Source: Archaeoglobus fulgidus DSM 4304 (GTDB taxonomy: Archaea; Halobacteriota; Archaeoglobi; Archaeoglobales; Archaeoglobaceae). Taken from it: a DNA stretch of 32,000 nucleotides. The notes beneath the pieces are model-generated. The model searched no databases. It saw nothing but the letters and a program-made list of their open reading frames with translations, and was not told the DNA's origin. The stretch spans positions 1,860,001 through 1,892,000 of the forward strand of contig NC_000917.1 in NCBI RefSeq assembly GCF_000008665.1. The letters run 5' to 3'. A program made the position numbers and the translations under genes. Shown piece by piece: positions 8,424 through 15,514 of the stretch (position 1 is the stretch's first letter; each line of letters begins with the position of its first letter).

Positions 8424-8853
8424 ACGTCTTAATGCTGTAACTTTCCTCCATCAGCCCGAGCTCGGTTGAGCTGAACTCAACGCCCACTGAAATGCTTTCG
8501 TTAACTGCCAGGGAGAAGCTGATGGTTTGCAAAGCCTCACCGCTGGTGTAAAACCTAATCAAGTCACTCTGCGAGTGAAGGACAACACAAACAGGAAAGC
8601 CGTTGCCGTTCTCTATTCTCAGCAAATCGTCAAATCTGTAAGTAGAGCCGGGGCTTAATCCCTTGCCGTATCCCGGATAATTCGGGTTGTTTTCGGTGAT
8701 GTCTATTGTAAGATTTTCCTCATTGCTGCCGTATGGTGAGGGAGAGTAAAGCAAAACTCCGTTTATGGTCTCCGCAGCTATAGCAGAGATAGCCGGAGCT
8801 CTCCATCCGAGAGCTATGAGAAGTAGTGTTATCGCAATTACGAGCTTTTTCAT
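8395..8853 (-). CDS. small secreted protein, NPNYPGYG-motif family (DUF1102-like from memory), short N-terminal variant
   Basis: Signal peptide MKKLVIAITLLLIALGWRAPAISAIA, then the motif ITENNPNYPGYGKGLSPGSTYRFDD. Paralogous to the two upstream genes. An SD (GAGGAAAG) lies upstream. Confidence 0.8.
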   Translation of the reverse strand: MKKLVIAITLLLIALGWRAPAISAIAAETINGVLLYSPSPYGSNEENLTIDITENNPNYPGYGKGLSPGSTYRFDDLLRIENGNGFPVCVVLHSQSDLIRFYTSGEALQTISFSLAVNESISVGVEFSSTELGLMEESYSIKTFEGECDEAV

Positions 8854-8886
8854 TTACTTTCCTCATAAAAAATTAAATTTGAGAGC

Positions 8887-9420
8887 TTACTCGCAAGCTC
8901 CCGCATCTGCACTTACACTCATCTGCGCTTCATTGCTTCCCAGATCCTTGTTCGTGTTGTCGAATATGAATCCAACTGGAACCGGCTGGTTGTGGTAGAC
9001 GGTGAAGTGTATCTGTGTTCCCGGACCGCTTATCGGGCTATCATAGTCTCCAGCAAAGAACGAGATGCCATCTCCCTGGTTAAGCGATATGTGGACGCAA
9101 ATCGGGAAGTCCGCATCTTCGTTCTCCCAGAGCTCGTTGCTCACGTTGAACATCTCCTCAAACACGTAGGTCGTGTTGACGCTCATTCCATCGCCATAAC
9201 CCGGATAATTGGGGTTGTTTGGCGATATCTCAATGGTCAGCTTTCCGTTGTTTAGGTAGGCGTAGGGCTGAATTGGAGTTAGATCAATAAACTCGTTGTC
9301 ATCTGATGTTATATTAACCGTCACGCTCCTCTCTGCCTCGTAATACCTGAAGTTTGCTCCCGCTCCTATTGTTAGGGTTAAGCCAACAATAAGAAGCAGA
9401 AGTCCCGCTAACTTTTTCAT
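8887..9420 (-). CDS. small secreted protein, NPNYPGYG-motif family (putative fibre subunit)
   Basis: Signal peptide MKKLAGLLLLIVGLTLTIGAGA, then the motif ISPNNPNYPGYGDGMSVNTTYVFEE. TAATG start/stop overlap with the upstream paralogue. Confidence 0.85.
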   Translation of the reverse strand: MKKLAGLLLLIVGLTLTIGAGANFRYYEAERSVTVNITSDDNEFIDLTPIQPYAYLNNGKLTIEISPNNPNYPGYGDGMSVNTTYVFEEMFNVSNELWENEDADFPICVHISLNQGDGISFFAGDYDSPISGPGTQIHFTVYHNQPVPVGFIFDNTNKDLGSNEAQMSVSADAGACE

Positions 9421-10010
9421 TATCTCACCTGTCCACAGTTATTCAGCTCTGCAGGCTCTGTTCCAAGCCTGTAGGCCTTGACTGTCATCGTCTCATCCCA
9501 CACATCTCCCGGACTGTCACCGTTAGCGCTGAGGTCCATTCCAATTCTCTTTTCCGAGTTTGGTCCAAGAGTAAAGCAAACATCATCTCTCGCACTGTCT
9601 GATGCTGTTGCTGCAGCACCGCCATCCACCGCATAAACTCCACCCTCGTGGCTGTAGAATTCCACATGCGTATCGGATGAAGTAACTCTAACAACTATCC
9701 ACATGTCTTCCCACAGATGGTTGCTAACCGCAAAAACCTCGTCGAAGTTATACTCGCTGGCAGGGCTTATTCCATCACCGTATCCCGGATAATTTGGGTT
9801 TTCAGGTGAGAAGTCCACTACAAGCTCTCCGTTGTCAGCGATGTAGGCGTAGGGCTGTATCGGCTTAAGGTCGATAAGCTCTGTATCGTCAGTTGTAATG
9901 TTCCAGTGAACGCTTCTATCTGCGTTGTAGTCACTAAAGGTAGCGCTTACGCCTATGACAAGGCTCAAAGCCACCATTGCTCCCAATATGCCCAAAGGCA
10001 TTTTTCTCAT
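9420..10010 (-). CDS. small secreted protein, NPNYPGYG-motif family (putative fibre subunit), TasA-like ATFSD N-terminus
   Basis: MRKMPLGILGAMVALSLVIGVSATFSDYNADRSV..., with the motif FSPENPNYPGYGDGISPASEYNFDE. The start is set at ATG 10008-10010, which is preceded by GAGGTGA. The ORF-track extension to 10043 (MSAECRVRGEK) lacks an SD. Confidence 0.85.
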   Translation of the reverse strand: MRKMPLGILGAMVALSLVIGVSATFSDYNADRSVHWNITTDDTELIDLKPIQPYAYIADNGELVVDFSPENPNYPGYGDGISPASEYNFDEVFAVSNHLWEDMWIVVRVTSSDTHVEFYSHEGGVYAVDGGAAATASDSARDDVCFTLGPNSEKRIGMDLSANGDSPGDVWDETMTVKAYRLGTEPAELNNCGQVR

Positions 10011-10061
10011 TTTTTCACCTCTTACTCGGCATTCTGCCGACAAGGAATATTGGTCGAAATG

Positions 10062-10076
10062 TTATATATAATATTT
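10062..10076 (-). promoter_or_regulatory. TATA-like box (AAATATTATATATAA on the minus strand) for the fibre operon
   Basis: This is the only strongly AT-rich box between the operon start and the upstream gene. It lies about 58 nt upstream of ATG 10010, predicting a leader of about 30 nt carrying the SD. Confidence 0.45.
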
Positions 10077-10121
10077 GAAAATAAAATCAGAAGCCAAAAT
10101 CAGGGTAAAAATTAAGGAGGA

Positions 10122-10298
10122 TTACTCAGTAGGAAGGTTCAGAAACCTCTCTCCTCTCTCTGTAATTACAAGTTTTCCGTCTTTCAGCTCTGCAAGTCCC
10201 AGTTCAAGCAAAACTTTGAGCTCCCTTTCTGACAAATCCTCTTTTGACAGCTTTCCGTCTTTTATCATTTCAAGGAGTTTGTCAATATCTCTTAACAT
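10122..10298 (-). CDS. 58-aa helix-turn-helix-like protein (below the ORF-track cutoff)
   Basis: Own translation: [58 protein letters not shown]. The ELGL....G....T.RG..FL pattern is typical of small wHTH proteins. A TATA (TCTTTAAATATT on the minus strand, 10318-10329) sits about 25 nt upstream of the ATG. Confidence 0.6.
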
Positions 10299-10358
10299 AG
10301 TGAAACTACTGCGTGAGAATATTTAAAGAATTCGAAGAATGGCTACTGAGGCAAATCA

Positions 10359-10610
10359 CTACTCAGTCATTTCCTGCAGTTCGCCATATTTTTTCACAAA
10401 ATCTCTCCCCTTATCGGTGGTGCTGTATGTTTTCTTCCCATTTTTTGAATCCAAAACGAGAAAATCGTTTTCAACAAGCTCCTCAAGATAACTCTGAGCC
10501 ATCTTGAAGTTTATGTTCGCACCGTAAACGATCTTGGTCATGTTGGCTCCGCTGTTTGTGATTTTTAAAATAGCAACAAAAATTTCGAAACGTGACCTTT
10601 TATCTCCCAT
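10359..10610 (-). CDS. small winged-helix DNA-binding protein (HTH_45-like archaeal regulator)
   Basis: MGDKRSRFEIFVAILKITNSGANMTKIVYGANINFKMAQSYLEELVENDFLVLDSKNGKKTYSTTDKGRDFVKKY is the characteristic pattern of 80-90-aa archaeal wHTH proteins. A TATA (10630-10639) sits about 24 nt upstream of the ATG. Confidence 0.8.
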   Translation of the reverse strand: MGDKRSRFEIFVAILKITNSGANMTKIVYGANINFKMAQSYLEELVENDFLVLDSKNGKKTYSTTDKGRDFVKKYGELQEMTE

Positions 10611-10694
10611 AAGATGAATTATCTTTAGCTATATTTATAGATTTCCTCTACTCTTATTGTTATTATTACAATATTTCGAAATTCGTGAATAAAT

Positions 10695-10701
10695 AAAAAA
10701 A
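10695..10701 (-). terminator. oligo-T (T7) terminator candidate after the decarboxylase beta-subunit gene
   Basis: The plus-strand aaaaaaa run lies 31-37 nt downstream of the stop at 10732, within a 120-nt AT-rich spacer. Confidence 0.45.
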
Positions 10702-10731
10702 GCAGATACGCCTCAAAATGCGATGATTAAC

Positions 10732-11796
10732 CTACCCAAGAATCTGAATCAAGACTCCTGCCGCAACGGCAGAACCGATAACTCCAGCTACATTTGGCCC
10801 CATTGCGTGCATCAGGATGTGGTTGTGGGGGTCTTCCTCAATTGCAAGCCTCTGAACAACTCTCGCCGACATCGGGACTGCAGAAACCCCCGCTGCACCG
10901 ATCATGGGGTTGATTTTTTCTTTCAGGAAGAGGTTCATTACCTTCGCAAGCAGCACACCGCCGGCAGTTGCTGCAGCAAAAGCGACAACACCAAGAGCGA
11001 GGACAAGCAAAGTTTTCTGCGTCAGAAAGCTCTCCGCCCTCATTGTGCTTCCCACGGACAGGCCAAGAATTATCGTCATGATGTTCATCAGCTCCTCACT
11101 CGCCCCTTTCGCCAGTCTGTCGGTAACACCGCTCTCCCTGAACAGGTTGCCTGTCATGAGCATTCCGACAAGAGGGAGTGCTTTGGGGGCGAGAAAACCG
11201 GAAATAATTATGGTTGCAATAGGGAAAAGAATCTTCTCTTTTTTAGACACTATTCTTAGCTGCCTCATCTTGATTTTTCTCTCCCTGCTCGACGTTAGAG
11301 CCTTGATGATTGGTGGCTGGATAATCGGAACGAGGGACATGTAGCTGTATGCTGCGACGGCAGTTGCAGCGAGCAGATGAGGAGCGAGAATTGTGGTGGT
11401 GTAAATTGTTGTGGGCCCGTCAGCCCCGCCGATTATGCCGATTGAAGCTGCCTCCTGCGGTGTAAAACCGAGGAAGAGCGCGGCAATGAGAGCGGCAAAA
11501 ATTCCAATTTGAGCTGCAGCACCAAGCAGAAACGTTTTGGGATTGGCAAGCAGCGGAGAGAAGTCAGTTAAGGCTCCAAGACCGAGGAAAATCAGGAGAG
11601 GGACTATTTCGGTGTGGATCAGATACTTTAAAAAGAGATCGAAAATGCTCCCTTCTTCAGCCAGCCCACCGCCGGGAATGTTGACGAGAATGGCTCCTAT
11701 ACCGATGGGGACGAGGAGGAGGGGCTCCATTTTCTTGACTATACCGAGGTAAACCAGCAGTAATCCGACACCAATCATCACGAGGCTTCCGAGCAT
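10732..11796 (-). CDS. Na+-transporting decarboxylase beta subunit (OadB/MmdB/GcdB family)
   Basis: 354-aa polytopic membrane protein with [25 protein letters not shown] and [16 protein letters not shown]. This matches the OAD_beta family. Confidence 0.9.
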   Translation of the reverse strand: MLGSLVMIGVGLLLVYLGIVKKMEPLLLVPIGIGAILVNIPGGGLAEEGSIFDLFLKYLIHTEIVPLLIFLGLGALTDFSPLLANPKTFLLGAAAQIGIFAALIAALFLGFTPQEAASIGIIGGADGPTTIYTTTILAPHLLAATAVAAYSYMSLVPIIQPPIIKALTSSRERKIKMRQLRIVSKKEKILFPIATIIISGFLAPKALPLVGMLMTGNLFRESGVTDRLAKGASEELMNIMTIILGLSVGSTMRAESFLTQKTLLVLALGVVAFAAATAGGVLLAKVMNLFLKEKINPMIGAAGVSAVPMSARVVQRLAIEEDPHNHILMHAMGPNVAGVIGSAVAAGVLIQILG

Positions 11797-12233
11797 CAGC
11801 TCACCGGCTGGATTATGGCAACGATATCCCCAGCTTCTATCCTCTGCCCCTCCTTCACGAGAATTTCTGCAACAACCCCCTCAGTAGGACTCACAATCTC
11901 GTTCTCCATCTTCATCGACTCAACAATCACAACCGGCTCTCCCGCCTTTACTTTGTCCCCCGGCTTGACAAGGATTTTCAGAACCACCCCCGGAAGCATG
12001 GAGGTTACAGCGTTCTCCGGTGCGGTAAGCTCCTCTTTTACCTCCGAAAGTAAAGCGGATGGAGCAACTGGTTCAAACGATGGCCTCTCAGCCCTTTCGT
12101 AGATGTCCTCAACGACCACCTCGGCCTCTTTATCTCCTACCCTCACCCTGTAAACTCCTTCTCTCAGCTTCTCCACACCCACTTTGAAGTCGGCTCCGTC
12201 AACCCTAATTCTGTAAAACCTCATTCGACCCAC
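11796..12233 (-). CDS. biotin carboxyl-carrier subunit of the decarboxylase (MmdC/OadA-C-terminal-like)
   Basis: The C-terminal biotinyl domain has [33 protein letters not shown] (biotin attachment MKM). The N-terminal YRIRVDG..FKVGVE pattern is typical of gamma subunits. Confidence 0.88.
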   Translation of the reverse strand: MGRMRFYRIRVDGADFKVGVEKLREGVYRVRVGDKEAEVVVEDIYERAERPSFEPVAPSALLSEVKEELTAPENAVTSMLPGVVLKILVKPGDKVKAGEPVVIVESMKMENEIVSPTEGVVAEILVKEGQRIEAGDIVAIIQPVS

Positions 12234-12502
12234 CTCATCGCATACAGCCTGGCAACCCTTTTCCAGTTCTGGGGTGCGCTTATCTCAACAACCTGCAACC
12301 CCTCATGCCTTGATAGGGCTGCAACAATTGCAAAAATCTCTTTTTCACTAAATCCGGTAGAATCCGAGCTTATCTCAATTTTCTCTTTATTCGCACTTCC
12401 CGCCACCTTTCCCATAAGCCACATAAAGAGCGCTAAAATGGACAGAACGAGAAATACAACACCCATTCCCTCTACAGTGAGCATTATGGCCAAATCTATC
12501 AT
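12221..12502 (-). CDS. small single-TM decarboxylase subunit (OadG/MmdD-like)
   Basis: MIDLAIMLTVEGMGVVFLVLSILALFMWLMGKV... is the typical OadG-like N-terminal TM. The start is set at ATG 12500-12502, preceded by GGAGGAG. The ORF-track start at 12547 would overlap flpA. Confidence 0.7.
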   Translation of the reverse strand: MIDLAIMLTVEGMGVVFLVLSILALFMWLMGKVAGSANKEKIEISSDSTGFSEKEIFAIVAALSRHEGLQVVEISAPQNWKRVARLYAMRWVE

Positions 12503-12543
12503 CCTTCTCCTCCTAAACTTTATGATTAAAAAGCTTTGGTTTT

Positions 12544-13176
12544 TCAAAACCTGTAAGCGTGGATGAAGATGTGGTCCCTGTGGTAGGGCATCAAGCTTCC
12601 GTGCTTAACAATTTTGAAATCCCCCTCCATTTCCTTCAAAACCGACTTAAAGACTTCCTCAGGTTCTGCCGTTGAGTCGATGCTCCTCGCCTTTACCATG
12701 ATGACCACCTCTCCTTTCTCTTTCAGGAAAAACTCCGCATTGGCCTTTAAAATTTCAATCTGGTTCTTCTGGGCTATATCTTGGTAAATCAAATCGACTT
12801 TCTCCACAATCCCGCTGTACTTCCACGGCTTGGATGCGTCAAAGAGAAGAGGGATTATATTATTCCTCTCTCTCACCAGCTCAAGGAGCTTTTCAAAGGG
12901 CTTTGCGGAGTATTCGACAGCGTAAATTATCCCCTCATCCACTATGTCCGCCAGATGACTTACAGTCGTCCCGCTCGCCGCCCCAAGATAGAGGACTCTC
13001 TCGTCCCCTCTTAGCTTGAGCCTGTGCCCCTTTAAAATCATCGCCGCAAGCTTGCTCCTCCACGGAACCCACTCCCTGTATCCGTCAAAGACCTTCTCTC
13101 CATAGTGGCTGCCGTATTTGCTTTTCGTCACCAGCGTGTCATCAAGCAGGTAAACGTTCCTCATCAGCTCCTTCAT
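12544..13176 (-). CDS. flpA: fibrillarin-like rRNA/tRNA 2'-O-methyltransferase
   Basis: YREWVPWRSKLAAMILKG, VLYLGAASGTTVSHLADIV and DVDLIYQDIAQ are fibrillarin SAM-MTase motifs. ATGA-type 4-nt overlap with nop5. Confidence 0.95.
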   Translation of the reverse strand: MKELMRNVYLLDDTLVTKSKYGSHYGEKVFDGYREWVPWRSKLAAMILKGHRLKLRGDERVLYLGAASGTTVSHLADIVDEGIIYAVEYSAKPFEKLLELVRERNNIIPLLFDASKPWKYSGIVEKVDLIYQDIAQKNQIEILKANAEFFLKEKGEVVIMVKARSIDSTAEPEEVFKSVLKEMEGDFKIVKHGSLMPYHRDHIFIHAYRF

Positions 13177-13958
13177 TTCCTCCTCAACTCCTCGTAGCGC
13201 CTTCTTATGCTCTCGTAAAGGCTTTCATCAATTTCACCCCTGAAATAGTCGATTTTCGCCGCAATGGCGAGCTTTGCAGCCAGAAACCTTGCCATCTTGC
13301 CCCTCTTGGCCTTGGGCAGAGTTCTTATGAAGGGGTGAAGGAAAATTATGCCGTGCTTCGGAATTTTTGCCTTCTTGCCCTTTTTCATCCTTGCAAAGGC
13401 CTTGTAAAGGCTCTTTTCGGCCCCTATAACTTGAATCTTGCTTGCAGGCAGTCTCACAAGCCTTTCCATGCTCCCAGCCCTTTCGAGGAGCTTTGCTGCG
13501 ACCTTCGCCCCTACTAGTTCAGTCATGTTCGGCGCAATCTTTTCCATTACCTCCTCAATCTCCCTCTCCACGTCTCTCCTAAGCTCCCTCAATTCTCTAA
13601 TTTTCTTCTCAAACTTTTCCGTTATCTCAGACTCCTTGACAGCCCTTATATCCTCAAGCTTCTCGTTCAGCATGTTTATTGACTCGTCGATCTCCTCCAG
13701 AGCCTTTACAAGCGCTACGACGTATCTGTCTTCCCTCCTCAACTCTTTCTCGACCATTTTCTCAGACACGGCCAGGGCAGTTTTTCGCAGAATCCGGTAG
13801 TAGTCCTTCCCCAAGGCTTTCGCTCCAACTTCAGAAACATTGAACGGCAGTGGAGATGGGTTTTCGGCTTTTAAAAACGACTCCTCAAAGTTTTCACTGA
13901 GCTTTATCTCTTTACCATCGTAAACCCCAAACCAGAGATTATACCTCAATTTCGACAC
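13173..13958 (-). CDS. nop5: Nop5 (Nop56/58) box C/D sRNP core protein, short form
   Basis: Coiled-coil middle region, then the NOP domain APNMTELVGAKVAAKLLERAGSMERLVRLPASKIQVIGAEKSLYKA...PKHGIIFLHPFI. Confidence 0.93.
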   Translation of the reverse strand: MSKLRYNLWFGVYDGKEIKLSENFEESFLKAENPSPLPFNVSEVGAKALGKDYYRILRKTALAVSEKMVEKELRREDRYVVALVKALEEIDESINMLNEKLEDIRAVKESEITEKFEKKIRELRELRRDVEREIEEVMEKIAPNMTELVGAKVAAKLLERAGSMERLVRLPASKIQVIGAEKSLYKAFARMKKGKKAKIPKHGIIFLHPFIRTLPKAKRGKMARFLAAKLAIAAKIDYFRGEIDESLYESIRRRYEELRRK

Positions 13959-14880
13959 CCCTGTTCCTCGCCTTGGTTACTATGGTTCTGCATTCGTAAC
14001 CTTTTTCGGCGAAGTAATCTCTTAAGCTCCTCTCAATCCCCCCCGCATTTGAGTCGGTAATGGCATAAACCGTCGGGCCGGTGGAGCTCATTCCAATGCA
14101 GTCGGCAAGGTCAAAGCAGCCCTTAATCAGTTCACCGTACTGCTCAACCTCTGCCTTCTTGAATCCTAGCTCCTGGATTCTCTTCAAAGCCTTTCCAAAC
14201 TCGTCGAGGTCAGCTTCGACAACAGCAGGAAGCATTTTCATGAGAATGAGGTGACAAATCTCCCTCACATCCTCAAGAGGGACAGGACAGCTTTTCTGAA
14301 AGAGGTTAACCTCCCTCTCCCCAAAAAATCCCTTCAGGTCGGGTATTGCCAGAACCACATTCCAATCGGGAAAGTCGAGCCTCGCTATCATTGGAGCGGG
14401 CTTTGCCCTGCTGGCTGAAGAGGGCAGGAAGCTCTTCTTTTCTTTGGTGGAATGCCCTCCATCCACAACCAATCCTCCGTGGTCGAAGACAGCAACACCG
14501 ATGCCCGAGGTTCCACCCCTGCCCATTATTTCGGCAATCTGCCTTGTAGTGAGATTTAAACCGTAAAGCTCGCTGAATGCCCTTCCTACAGCAAGGCTTA
14601 TCTGCGTCCCGCTGCCGAGGCCAACATGTGCATCATAATCTGAAACAACCTCTATCTCTGCACCTCTGCCGCAGTATTCGGCCATTTTTGCCGCTGCAAT
14701 CTCGAACCTTTCTCTGTTGATTGGTTCACCTTTCAGGACAAATGTCTCGCTCTCCTTAGCTTTTATTTCGATATGGGGCTCCTCCAGAGCCAGACCAACT
14801 CCGCCATCAACTCTACCAATCGAACCGTTTAAATCAATGAGCGTGATGTGGATTCTTGAGGGTGTCCTTAATCTAAGCAT
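13939..14880 (-). CDS. mptG: beta-ribofuranosylaminobenzene 5'-phosphate (RFAP) synthase, GHMP-kinase fold (methanopterin biosynthesis)
   Basis: 313-aa ORF with RIHITLIDLNGSIGRVDGGVGLAL, the GHMP motif GLGSGTQISLAV, and GMSSTGPTVYAI. Assignment is from memory of the MJ1427/AF2089 family. Confidence 0.8.
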   Translation of the reverse strand: MLRLRTPSRIHITLIDLNGSIGRVDGGVGLALEEPHIEIKAKESETFVLKGEPINRERFEIAAAKMAEYCGRGAEIEVVSDYDAHVGLGSGTQISLAVGRAFSELYGLNLTTRQIAEIMGRGGTSGIGVAVFDHGGLVVDGGHSTKEKKSFLPSSASRAKPAPMIARLDFPDWNVVLAIPDLKGFFGEREVNLFQKSCPVPLEDVREICHLILMKMLPAVVEADLDEFGKALKRIQELGFKKAEVEQYGELIKGCFDLADCIGMSSTGPTVYAITDSNAGGIERSLRDYFAEKGYECRTIVTKARNRGVEIEV

Positions 14881-14900
14881 AGCCGGATTTCGATTTCAAG

Positions 14901-14908
14901 TTTAAAAA
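14901..14908 (-). promoter_or_regulatory. TATA box (TTTTTAAA on the minus strand) for mptG, leaderless
   Basis: Centre lies 25 nt upstream of ATG 14880. Confidence 0.4.
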
Positions 14909-14956
14909 CGCTTTTCAAAAGGTTGCCTTATAACTATTATGGTCATTAGCTAAAAG

Positions 14957-14966
14957 CTTTAATATA
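14957..14966 (+). promoter_or_regulatory. TATA box (CTTTAATATA) for the giant surface-protein gene
   Basis: About 30 nt upstream of ATG 14992, with a GGGAG SD-like element in between. Confidence 0.4.
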
Positions 14967-15399
14967 GCGTAATTACTTTTAAGGGAGTTGGATGAAAGTC
15001 AGCGCTTTGCTCGCACTCACGGTTGTTGTATTTCTCGTTTCCAACTTAGCCGGTAGTGTGGAATTTTCAGGCAATATAGGCAACGAAACAGTCAATAAAA
15101 CAATTTCTGTTGAGAAAGTTTACTTTCCGGGAGATAAAGTAATTCTAAAGGCAAATTTCATGCCCTTAAAGGCAAAGCTGGTTGACCCGGCAGGCAAGGT
15201 TATCGGACTGGAATTCAGAAAAAGCGAAGGGGGCTTTGAGGCGGAGCTTGAGCTGAAGAAGGATGTTGTACTAGGTAAGTATCTTCTTTTTGCGGACAAC
15301 GTTTCAGCAGAATTCTACGTGGACAGCTACTCAATTGAAGCTGCCTACTTCAATGGCAAGGTTGTTGGAAACGTCAGCTACTACTTTGCTGAGCCCGAG

Positions 15400-15514
15400 T
15401 ACGTTTACTACAAAGCCGGGAAGGAAGAGGGAAAGGCAAAGGTGGCTGAGGACGGGAGCTTTGAGATTTTGCTGAAGAAGGCAGCTAAAGAAGTCGAGCT
15501 GAGATGCGGGAATG
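15400..15514 (+). repeat. 115-bp near-identical intragenic direct repeat, copy 1
   Basis: tacgtttactacaaagccgggaaggaagagggaaaggcaaaggtggctgag... differs from the copy at 16537..16651 at 6 of 115 positions (manual alignment). Encodes YVYYKAGKEEGKAKVAEDGSFEILLKKAAKEVELRCGN. Confidence 0.9.

Noticed and set aside
10011-10043. N-terminal extension MSAECRVRGEK of the first fibre-subunit gene
   Set aside because: There is no SD before that ATG, whereas GAGGTGA precedes the internal ATG at 10010. The extension would place charged residues before an otherwise canonical signal peptide. It also overlaps the leader hairpin.
10723-11752. Plus-strand ORFs (178, 146 and 71 aa)
   Set aside because: They are antisense to the polytopic decarboxylase beta-subunit gene. 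The Arg/Cys/His-rich translations have no domain signatures.
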